Assembly (NCBI GenBank): GCA_964016885.1 | Contig: CAXHJY010001254.1 | Location: 2,744 to 66,743, forward strand | DNA from: Eledone cirrhosa | Lineage: Eukaryota | Length of the DNA stretch: 64,000 nt | Direction of reading: 5' to 3' | Shown here: positions 1-12,050 of the stretch, piece after piece | Layout: every line of letters starts with the position of its first letter | Numbering within the stretch: position 1 is the stretch's first letter | The notes under the pieces: model-generated | What the model was told of the DNA's origin: nothing | Seen by the model: the letters and a program-made list of their open reading frames with translations, nothing else | The model's database searches: none | Position numbers and translations under genes: made by a program

Positions 1-399
1 ATTTATTTACTCTTGGTCCAGCAGAATTGAAATTTCCCGGTATAAGGTTAGAATTTCTTTGTTTATTTTTTATATATGAATATTGATTGTTCCTTATATC
101 TCATTCTGTTATTTTGCCCGAGAAAATATCTGTGTGTCATCAAATATTGTACACACATAGTTATTTTTTCAATTTCCAATTGAGTTCTGAGCACGTCGCC
201 TGAATTCCTTTTAGAGTTCATTGTCATGCGCATGTATTGTTTTTTTTTTGGCGGTAATTTACTTCCTCATTTTTGAATCAGTTTGAGCATTTCTTTAGAA
301 CTGCTGGACTGGCAACCTGACAGATACCTCAGGCACAGATGATGATTATCACTAAATACTGATGTTGGTTAGATTATCAATATTAATATTATTGGGGCA

Positions 400-526
400 C
401 CCACTGATGAATTATAGGAGCCCACTTGAATATATATCTATTGATGGTATACAAGCTCCTACATAAATTGGTATAATTTAACCCAAATTATAGGAATCCT
501 ATAATGAAACGAGACGTCCGTCTGGG
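400..526 (+). ncRNA. Type I hammerhead ribozyme motif with long stem II
   Basis: CCCA-CTGATGA-ATTATAGGA...TCCTATAAT-GAAAC-GAGACGTCC-GTC-TGGG: stem I CCCA/TGGG, canonical core, GTC cleavage triplet, GACGTC palindrome in loop III. Confidence 0.75.
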
Positions 527-701
527 AAGAGATATATTCGATATGTCTCATATGAAATAATACAGCCAATTTTCCACGCAATACTTTTAGTTAGCACCCC
601 GAACGCATAATTGGGAATATAATAACTTATTTCCTAATGTTTGTTGAGTGAGTTGGAATTTGGCCGGAGTATCGCTAAAAAGCTTTCTCCGATATTGTAT
701 T

Positions 702-2392
<1,691 letters not shown>

Positions 2393-2525
2393 TTATTAAA
2401 ATAACAGATTAAAGTTTAAGCAAAGAATCACTCTACGGTTCTTATATATTTGATATATATTTATCCTTATCGAGCCCTCTTTGGATTTTAGTCTTCAAAT
2501 TTATTATTATTACTATTATTATTAA
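2393..2525. mobile_element. Small inverted fragment of the pLTR of the PLE at 11501-15260
   Basis: Matches 11590-11630 and 15178-15260. Confidence 0.7.
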
Positions 2526-2527
2526 TA

Positions 2528-2597
<70 letters not shown>

Positions 2598-2721
2598 ATA
2601 TATTATATATATATATAATATATTATATATATATATATTATATTATATATATAATATATTATATATATATATATTATATATATATAAAATATATATAAAA
2701 TATATATATAATATATATATA

Positions 2722-2755
<34 letters not shown>

Positions 2756-2783
2756 ATATATATATATAATATATATATATATA

Positions 2784-2962
2784 ATTGTTTCTACTTTAGG
2801 CACAAGGCCAGCAATTACCCAGTGCATTACTGGTACTTTATTTTATCGACCCCGTAAGGATGAAAGGCAAAGTCAACCTCGGCGGGATTTGAACTCAGAT
2901 CGTAAAGGGACGTAACTATGCTGGAAAGCATGGCGTCCGACCCTCTACCGATACTGCCAATT
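2784..2962 (-). mobile_element. tRNA-derived SINE
   Basis: Reverse complement has A box TGGCAGTATCGG, B box GAGTTCAAATCC and core CTTTGCCTTTCATCCTTACGGGGTCGATAAAAT; same family as 17392 and 31919. Confidence 0.85.
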
Positions 2963-3115
2963 ATATATAATATATATATAATATATAATATATATATATA
3001 TATATATATAATATATATAAATGAAGTAATACCGTCGGAAAAGTCCAGGAAAAAAGAGTTCTCTATGTAGGTAACAGAGCTTAATAGTTATGTAATAAAC
3101 AACATAAGGCAATTA

Positions 3116-3187
3116 TTTCATTTACCAGTGGTTTACCAGTGGTTTCTTAAAAGCCACAACATTTTGCTTTCAATCATCAGAATGAAA
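3116..3187 (-). ncRNA. Type I HHR motif with duplicated stem III
   Basis: Reverse complement: TTTCATT-CTGATGA-TTGAAAGC...GCTTTTAA-GAAACCACTGGTA-AACCACTGGTA-AATGAAA. Confidence 0.75.
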
Positions 3188-3295
3188 AAATCCTGGCGTA
3201 TTTATTGACTTTGGATTTTAAAAACAAAAATGCAATCTATATGAGTGAGGCTGGAGAAGGAAGAAGGAAAGGAAAAATAAAATAAAAACACACAT

Positions 3296-3326
<31 letters not shown>

Positions 3327-3339
3327 ATTATATACATAC

Positions 3340-3792
3340 ATTCGCGAATTCAAAAGAATCAATCACTGATTGACCTCGATGTCAAGTGATTGATTCTTTT
3401 GAATTCGCCACCGACTAAGTAGGCAGTGATTTTTTTAATGTCCTGGAATTTAGTCCTCGCTTGCTTTTTTCCATCCACTGAATTATTTTTGTATAAGTTC
3501 CCTGTGTCCACGCATTGCCTGGGAACTTAGCTGAGAACACATCTCCCTGATGACGAAAGGATATTTCTCCATGTTGTTCCAATCGGAAACCATGTTTATT
3601 CCCTTTCAGAAACAAATTAGTTGGAGTGAAATTTTAGTAAGTAAGTAAATTTTTATAATTTTCTTAATTTACGTCTTTCATATAATTGTTCTGCATCCCC
3701 ATGCATTGAACCACAAAGTTACTAACACAAAACCTATATATTTGCTAGCATAGGTATGCATCTGTATATATATGTTAGTAGATATACTAATT

Positions 3793-3795
<3 letters not shown>
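3340..3795 (+). mobile_element. Diverged copy of non-coding HHR repeat family B
   Basis: Similar to 5961-6666 (CACTGATTGACCTCGATGTCA, GTAAGTAAGT..., CCCCATGCATTGAACCACA). Confidence 0.7.
3543..3626 (+). ncRNA. Type I HHR motif (family B)
   Basis: CTCC-CTGATGA-CGAAAGG...CCTTTCA-GAAAC-AAATTA-GTT-GGAG. Confidence 0.75.
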
Positions 3796-3831
<36 letters not shown>

Positions 3832-4418
3832 TATATAAATTTATATATAATATAATATATTATATATATATATATATAATATATTATATATATATATATA
3901 TATAATATATTATATATATATATATATAATATATATATATATATATAATATATTATATATATATATATATAAAATATATATATAATATATTATATATATA
4001 TATAATATATATATATAATATATATATAATATATATATATAATATATATATAGTATATATATATAATATATAGATATATATATAATATATATATAATATA
4101 TGTATATAGTATATATATATAATATATATATATATATTATAATATATATATAATATATATATATATTATATATATATAATATATATATATATAATATATA
4201 TATAATATATATATATATAATATATATATAATATATATATATAATATATATATATAATATATATATATATAGAGAGAGAGATTAGAAAGTGAGGTTTTTT
4301 TTACAAAATGAAAAATAACCGAGGTGTCCTACAAGAGTGAAAGTATAAAGAAAAAAAGATGAAATCGAAAATGCAACTGGAGTCTTATTTTAAAAAAACA
4401 AAATATATATTTATTGGT

Positions 4419-4459
4419 TTCCTTTACCGGTTTCGCAGTTCTTCTGCTTTTCAAAAGTA
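4419..4459 (-). ncRNA. Minimal HHR variant with U3-A8 core
   Basis: Reverse complement: CTT-TTGAAAA-GCAG-AAGAA-CTGC-GAAAC-CG-GTA-AAG; palindromic stem III ACCGGT; short stem I. Confidence 0.55.
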
Positions 4460-4482
4460 GAGTTGAGATGGCGAGTCTGTGG

Positions 4483-4572
<90 letters not shown>

Positions 4573-4619
4573 TTGCATTTTCGATTTCATCTTTTTTTCT
4601 TTATATATATATATATATA

Positions 4620-5226
4620 TGTTATACTTTGGGAGGGTCATGTTGCCAATAAGAAACACACGCACCAGTTGCTTTCACTTCAATTTATTATAATAAAATT
4701 ATAAATTTAGGAATTTATAAATCTCTGGTTGGTTAGTTGATTCCACAACCAGATGGTTGTTTATATATTGTCAACGTTCTTTCGTCACACATTCTGTGAC
4801 CTCTTCAGTGACTGGGGATTCTTTTCTTTGTTTTTTGTGCCTCTCCTTTGTTCTGTCCTACGCCATCTCTCCTTTGTTCTGTTCTATGCCACACACAAAC
4901 AAGTTGGCGTAGGACAGAACAAAGTAGAGGCACAAAAAAACAAAGAAAAGAATCCCCAGTCACTGAAGAGGTCAAGAGAATGTGTGCCGAAAGAACTTTG
5001 ACAATATATAAACGACCATCTGGTTGTGGAACCAACCAACCAACCAACCAACCAGAAATTTATAAATTCCTAAATTTATAAATTTATATATTTATTATAA
5101 TAAATTGAAGTGAAAGCAACTGGTGCGTGTGTTTCTTATTGGCAACATGACCGTCCCAAAGTATAACAATATCGGTTTCAACACACGTTTACAGATAAAG
5201 AATCTTGCTAAACAAATTCAGAAACG

Positions 5227-5230
<4 letters not shown>
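4620..5230. mobile_element. Inverted pair of PLE pLTRs (~245-bp arms), related to the 3' end of the PLE at 45130-48080
   Basis: 4621-4865 is the reverse complement of ~4895-5167; terminal ATGACCGTCCCAAAGTATAACAAT resembles ATGACCCTCCCCAAGTATAACAAT at ~48058. Confidence 0.7.
4959..5002 (+). ncRNA. Minimal HHR motif in the pLTR (mirror copy ~4770-4812 on -)
   Basis: GTCA-CTGAAGA-GGTCA...TGCC-GAAAG-AA-CTT-TGAC. Confidence 0.55.
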
Positions 5231-5307
<77 letters not shown>

Positions 5308-5309
5308 CA

Positions 5310-5740
5310 TTGCTGTAGTGGAGTCTGTGCTGCTGTGTGGGTCTGAGACTTGGACACTGACCAAGAGACTCACTCAGATGGTGGATGGGTGCTACACGAG
5401 AATGCTGAGGATGGCTCTGAACATTAATCAGTATACACTGAGGATGAAAAACTCAGAGCTGTATGGGAGCATCCCAAAAGTCAGCTCAAAAGTGACACAG
5501 AGGAGACTGAGGTTGGCTGGACATGCTCACCGACATCCAGAGTTGACATTGCACTCAGTTCTCCTTTGGGAGCCCCTACATGGACACACTAGAAGTGGAA
5601 GACCAAGGTTAACATATGTTGATGCCCTAAGGACAGACACTGGTCTGTTGGAGATGCAGGATATGGCAGCGATAATGAGGGACAGAGACCGCTGGAGAGA
5701 ACTGAACTCGTCCATGGATCTCGGGAATTTTACCCGCCTT

Positions 5741-5742
<2 letters not shown>
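5310..5742 (+). mobile_element. 5'-truncated RTE-type LINE, 3' end of ORF
   Basis: VESVLLCGSETWTLT...DGCYTRMLRMAL...RLRLAGH...GRPRLTYVD, typical RTE post-RT C-terminus; inserted in (TA)n. Confidence 0.8.
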
Positions 5743-5802
<60 letters not shown>

Positions 5803-5808
<6 letters not shown>

Positions 5809-6663
5809 AAGAATTCATATCTAGTAACATATATATACATACAGATGCATATCAATGCTAGCAAATATATAGGTTTTGTCTTAATAACAGTGTGGTTCAA
5901 TGCATGGGGTTGCAGAACAATAATATAAGAGACGTAAAATAAGTTTCTAATAAGTTTCTAATAAGTTTCCAGTGTCCTCGCTTTGCCTGGAAACTTACAT
6001 GAGAATAGACTTTCCTGACGACGGAATGCTTCTCTATATTATTCTTCGGAAAATATATTTACTCCATTCCAGAAACTAATTAGTTGGAAGTGATATTTTA
6101 GTAAGTAAGTTAATTTTATAATTTTCTTATTTTACGTCTCTTATATTATTGTTCTGCAACCCCATGCATTGAACCACACTGTTATTAAGACAAAACCTAT
6201 ATATTTGCTAGCATTGATATGCATCTGTATGTATATATATGTTACTAGATATGAATTCTTTATTATTATCTCCAAATTATTTGTCGAGCAATATTGGCCA
6301 TGACTGCTGCTACGGTTGTAGGCAGGCCGCTGTCTTATTAGCAAACCACTTTCCACTGATTGACCTCGATGTCACGTGTTCGATTCTTTTTGAATTTGCC
6401 ACAGACGTAGAGGCAGTGATTTTCTCAATGGCTTGGAATTCAGTCCACGCTTCGCTATTTCCTATCCACTGAATTATTTTTTAATAAGTTTCCAGTGTCC
6501 TCGCTTTGCCTGGAAACTTACATGAGAATAGACTTTCCTGACGACGGAATGCTTCTCTGTATTATTCTTCTGAAAATATATTTACTCCATTCAAGAGACT
6601 AATTAGTTGGAAGTGATATTTTAGTAAGTAAGTTAATTTTATAATTTTCTTAATTTTACGTCT

Positions 6664-6666
<3 letters not shown>
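5803..6666 (+). mobile_element. Non-coding HHR repeat family B: ~523-bp tandem unit with a 5' inverted segment (retrozyme or pLTR-like)
   Basis: 5961-6143 repeats at 6484-6666; 5803-5943 is the reverse complement of ~6125-6263; no credible ORF. Confidence 0.75.
6009..6091 (+). ncRNA. Type I HHR motif (family B); second copy at 6532-6614 has GAAAC>GAGAC
   Basis: ACTTTC-CTGACGA-CGGAATG...CATTCCA-GAAAC-TAATTA-GTT-GGAAGT; palindrome ACTAATTAGT. Confidence 0.8.
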
Positions 6667-6698
<32 letters not shown>

Positions 6699-6989
6699 AA
6701 ACAAAATGAAAACGAAATTTCATTTCTCACTCAGTATGGCACTTACTTAAATGTAAGTATGCATGTATACGTACATACATATATGTATACAGACGTACAG
6801 TAGCACGCACATATATATATATATACATATATATATACATATGCATACAGGTACACATACATATATGCACGTATCAGTTTAGCGGCGCTAACGTCGCTTT
6901 GTTCGTTTGTAAACAAACTGAACAGCCTGAATTTATGCCATACGGTGTTAAGGCAACCACGTCACCTTTTTGTTCAACACTGACACAGG

Positions 6990-7034
6990 AACGATGTACT
7001 AGTTTCAAGCTTGTTAGCTATCATCAGCACCGTT
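6990..7034 (-). ncRNA. Minimal type I HHR (family A)
   Basis: Reverse complement matches 7635-7679. Confidence 0.85.
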
Positions 7035-7553
7035 TACCCATCTGCCAGATAGTTGAACGTTCGAAAGTATATACTTTCCTTATGAAAATTAACGGCTGAG
7101 CAGCCTAATTTGCATATTGAGTGAGTTAAATCGGTCAGGCATACCGAAAACGATAAATTGAAACAAAATGAAAACGAAATTTCATTTCTCACTCTTGAAA
7201 CTAGTACATCGTTCCTGTGTCAGTGTTGAACAAAAAGGTGACGTGGTTGCCTTAACACCGTATGGCATAAATTCAGGCTGTTCAGTTTGTTTACAAACGA
7301 ACAAAGCGACGTTAGCGCCGCTAAACTGATACGTGCATATATGTATGTGTACCTGTATGCATATGTATATATATATGTATATATATATATATATGTGCGT
7401 GCTACTGTACGTCTGTATACATATATGTATGTACGTATACATGCATACTTACATTTAAGTAAGTGCCATACTAAGAGTGAGAAATGAAATTTCGTTTTCA
7501 TTTTGTTTCAATTTATCGTTTTCGGTATGCCTGACCGATTTAACTCACTCAAT

Positions 7554-7606
7554 ATGCAAATTAGGCTGCTCAGCCGTTAATTTTCATAAGGAAAGTATAT
7601 ACTTTC
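7554..7606 (+). promoter_or_regulatory. Putative snRNA-type promoter module: octamer, PSE-like segment, TATATA
   Basis: ATGCAAAT 7554-7561; CTCAGCCGTTAATTTTCATAAG 7569-7590; TATATA 7596-7601 inside palindrome GAAAGTATATACTTTC; octamer and TATA retained in diverged copies near 8370-8420 and 34243-34295. Confidence 0.35.
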
Positions 7607-7634
7607 GAACGTTCAACTATCTGGCAGATGGGTA

Positions 7635-7679
7635 AACGGTGCTGATGATAGCTAACAAGCTTGAAACTAGTACATCGTT
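7635..7679 (+). ncRNA. Minimal type I HHR (family A)
   Basis: AACGGTG-CTGATGA-TAGCT-AACA-AGCTT-GAAAC-TA-GTA-CATCGTT; palindromic stem III ACTAGT. Confidence 0.85.
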
Positions 7680-7918
7680 CCTGTGTCAGTGTTGAACAAA
7701 AAGGTGACGTGGTTGCCTTAACACCGTATGGCATAAATTCAGGCTGTTCAGTTTGTTTACAAACGAACAAAGCGACGTTAGCGCCGCTAAACTGATACGT
7801 GCATATATGTATGTGTACCTGTATGCATATGTATATATATATGTATATATATATATATATGTGCGTGCTACTGTACGTCTGTATACATATATGTATGTAC
7901 GTATACATGCATACTTAC

Positions 7919-7998
<80 letters not shown>

Positions 7999-8019
7999 TA
8001 TATATATAATATATATATG

Positions 8020-8490
8020 TACGGAAAAAATGAAACGAAATTTCATTTCTCACTCTTAGTACGGCTGTTACTTAAATATAAGTATGTATACGTACATACA
8101 TATATGCATACAGACGTACAGTAGTATGCATATATATATATATATATATACATGCACACATATATATATATATGTACGTATGGATTCACCGATCATTTAT
8201 TATAATGTTCGGTGTGTTTGTAAATAAACATCCCGAATTAAGCCGTACAGTGTCTAGCAACCATCGTTGCTCATTTGTTCAACACTGACAAGGGAACGCT
8301 GTACTAGTTTCAAGCTAATTAGCTATCGTCAGCAACGTATACCTTCCTGCCAGATGGTTGAACGTCTGAAAGTATATACTTTCCTTATGCATAATAACGG
8401 CTGAGCAGCCTAATTTGCATATCGAGTGAGTTAATCGGCCGGGGTACCGAAAACGATAAACGGAAAAAATGAAACGAAATTTCATTTCTC
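8020..8490 (-). mobile_element. Diverged family A unit with terminal direct repeat and intact HHR at 8296-8338
   Basis: Reverse complement: ACGTTG-CTGACGA-TAGCTAATTAGCTT-GAAAC-TA-GTA-CAGCGT; ACGGAAAAA(A)TGAAACGAAATTTCATTTCTC at both ends. Confidence 0.8.
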
Positions 8491-8676
8491 TGTTTATCTG
8501 TTTATCGTTATAATATATATAATATATATTTAATATACATAATATATATAATATATATAATATATATAATATATATATATAATATATATATATAATATAT
8601 ATATATAATATATATATATATATATAATATATATATATATTATATATAATATATATATATATAATATATATATATA

Positions 8677-8777
<101 letters not shown>

Positions 8778-9150
8778 ATAGATAAATATAATATATAATA
8801 TATATATATAATATGTAAATATAATATATAATATATAATATATATATAATATATATATAATATATATATATATATAATATATATATATATAATATATATA
8901 ATATATATATATAATATATATATATAATATATATATATATAATATATATATATATAATATATATATATAATATATATATATAATATATATAATATATATT
9001 TAATATATATAATAAATATAATATATAATATATATATATAATATGTAAATATAATATATAATATATAATATATATATAATATATATATATATAATATATA
9101 TATATAATATATATATATATAATATATATATATAATATATATATATAATA

Positions 9151-9722
9151 TACAGCAGCACAGACTCCACTATGAAGAAGCGGATTTTCAGGTCTCTACG
9201 AAGGTCCGACTTCCACACCGATCTCAAGCTGTGACACGCCGCCCAGGCCTTTCTCTTACTCTTAACCACATCATCTTCCGTATTCCCAATCTTTGCTCCC
9301 AAATACAGGAAGTCCTCAACCAATTCCAGCGGCTTCCCGCCTACATTAGTGATCCCCTCAGATGGTGGATGGGTGCTACACGAGAATGCTGAGGATGGCT
9401 CTGAACATTAATCAGTATACACTGAGGATGAAAAACTCAGAGCTGTATGGGAGCATCCCAAAAGTCAGCTCAAAAGTGACACAGAGGAGACTGAGGTTGG
9501 CTGGACATGCTCAGCGACATCCAGAGTTGACATTGCACTCAGTGCTCCTTTGGGAGCCCCTACATGGACACACTAGAAGTGGAAGACCAAGGTTAACATA
9601 TGTTGATGCCCTAAGGACAGACACTGGTCTGTTGGAGATGCAGGATATGGCAGCGATAATGAGGGACAGAGACCGCTGGAGAGAACTCGTCCATGGATCT
9701 CGGGAATTTTACCCGCCTTAGA
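9151..9722 (+). mobile_element. RTE-type LINE 3' fragment with 5' inversion
   Basis: 9357-9722 nearly identical to 5373-5742; 9151-9357 encodes the upstream part (VEDFLYLG...VESVLLY) on the minus strand. Confidence 0.85.
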
Positions 9723-9990
9723 TAGATAGATATATAATATATATATATATATATAATATATATATATAATATATATATATATAATATATATATATATAAT
9801 ATATATATATAATATATATAATATATATAATATATATTTAATATATATAATATATATAATATATATAATATATATATATAATATATATATATAATATATA
9901 TATATATAATATATATATATATAATATATATAATATATATATATATAATATATATATACAATATATATAATATATATATATATAATATAT

Positions 9991-10024
<34 letters not shown>

Positions 10025-10250
10025 ATATATATAATATATATATATATAATATATATATATAATATATATATATAATATATATTTCATTTATATATATATA
10101 ATATATATATATATAATATATATATAATATATATATATAACATATGTATATATAATATATATAATATATATATATATAATATATATAATATATATAATAT
10201 ATATATATTATATATATATAAAATATATAAGATATATATAATATATATAA

Positions 10251-11065
10251 TCTCTATATATAAAACTGTGGTTGTCTGTCTGTCTATCGATTTTTGGCAC
10301 ACATCTCCTCTTAGAATCTTTGACGGAATTGCACCGAAATTGCTATACTTGTACATTGAGCCCTAGCGAATACATCGGAAAAAAAAAATTTCAAATTGAC
10401 CCACCCTATGTGACGAAATCGAATATAATGTATCGATTTTTGAGCGTAAGTTATCAGTTATTTCCCTTTGTTCTGTTTACATTGAGCGTCTTACGTAAAA
10501 AATTACGCTGGCTTTTTCAGCGTTTAAAATGACATTAACACAATACACGAACAGTTGTCGAGCCAGCAAAATATTGACCTGCAAAATTCATCAGTTCGAA
10601 CACTAAGCTTCCGTTTTGCTTCATTTCCATTTAAAAGCATTTTAAAACAATATTTTTACTTGAAAACAAGTCTATTTAAAGACTACGTAAAACAAGCAAA
10701 TATTTCAGGCGTGCAGACAGACAGTCGTGCAGAGAGGTGATATAGGCGTGCAGACAGACATAACTGATAATTTGGTTACGCTAATGTTTTTCTCTGCGTT
10801 GCAGTGTTTACATTTTCGATCTTTGTTAATAAATAACCAGTGCAGTTTTTATCCCCAGCATCCTCTTTTGTTATAACATTCGGGTTATCGTTATGTTTTC
10901 TTAACTTCATAAGGCATATTGTTGGTTGAGGGAATATTAATCAAAAACACCACATGCAAGTCTGCATAGTAGACATTACAGTTTTTAAGCCAAAAAAGAA
11001 ACTTAACATTGTAACTTTAACACAGCTACTGAGCGACCCCGAGCAACGCCGGGCTTTACTGCTAG
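10251..11065 (+). mobile_element. Non-autonomous Helitron
   Basis: 5' TC (TCTCTATATATAAAAC), (CTGT)n near the 5' end, 3' hairpin CCCGAGC-AAC-GCCGGG (11038-11053) then CTAG; inserted between A and T with no TSD. Confidence 0.8.
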
Positions 11066-11166
11066 TATATATATATAATATATATATAATATATATAATA
11101 TATATATATATAATATATATATATAATATATATATTATATATATATATATAATATATATATTATAT

Positions 11167-11227
<61 letters not shown>

Positions 11228-11394
11228 TATATATATAATATATATATATAATATATATATAATATATATATAAAATAATATATATATAATATAATATATA
11301 TATAATATATATATAATATATATATATATATAATATATATATATAAAATATATATATATATATAATATATATATATATAATATATATATATATG

Positions 11395-11502
<108 letters not shown>

Positions 11503-11830
11503 GTAATAATAATAAATTTGAAGACTAAAATCCAAAGAGGGCTCGATAAGAATAAATATATATCAAATATATAAGAACCGTAGAGCAAATATTTATTAAA
11601 ATAACAGATTAAAGTTTAAGCAAAGAATCGCTGCTTTCACCCTACGACCTCTTTTATACCATAAACGTGGTTCTGTCTTTGCGCGTAATTGTTTTTCACC
11701 GCTCCTATTAATGACGTATTATATTCGTTTTTTCCCGTTCTTTGCCAGCGAAGGTTTCCACGAACCAAAGTATCGTCTTCCTGTCTTCCTCCGGTTGCAA
11801 AGTTTTTTGAAATATCCACTTCTGCCTTTA

Positions 11831-11904
11831 CAGATTGACTTTGTTAGTTTCAGAAGATCCCGTTAAGGGTGAAAGCAGCGATTCTTTGCTTAAACTTTAA
11901 TCTG
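11831..11904 (+). ncRNA. HHR variant (U4A core CAGAAGA) in PLE-1 pLTR; further copies 15084-15157, 20020-20093, 50856-50929 (+) and 18766-18839 (-)
   Basis: CAGATTGA..AGTTT-CAGAAGA-TCCC-GTTAA-GGGT-GAAAGCAG..TTGCTT-AAACT-TTAATCTG; bulged extended stem I; CTT triplet. Confidence 0.65.
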
Positions 11905-12050
11905 TTATTTTAATAAATATTTGCTCTACGGTTCTTATATATTTGATATATATTTATCCTTATCGAGCCCTCTTTTGATTTTACTCTTGAAATTTATTAT
12001 TATTACTATTTGGCTCCCTCGGTTGAGCACTCTACTGACTTATATTCATC

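Larger units (their letters stand above)
6696..7922. mobile_element. Non-coding HHR repeat family A: ~465-bp units, minus-strand block 6696-7196 joined to plus-strand tandem block 7194-7922
   Basis: GAAACTAGTAC at 7197 and 7663 (period 466); the two blocks are reverse complements; CTT microhomology at the junction. Confidence 0.85.

Noticed and set aside
6899-7908. Repeated ORFs [15 protein letters not shown]...
   Set aside because: Antisense to the HHR unit and not conserved in diverged copies
11637-11819. 60-aa ORF recurring at 14890 and 50662
   Set aside because: Antisense to the pLTR; recurrence reflects repeat identity, and the start is non-ATG
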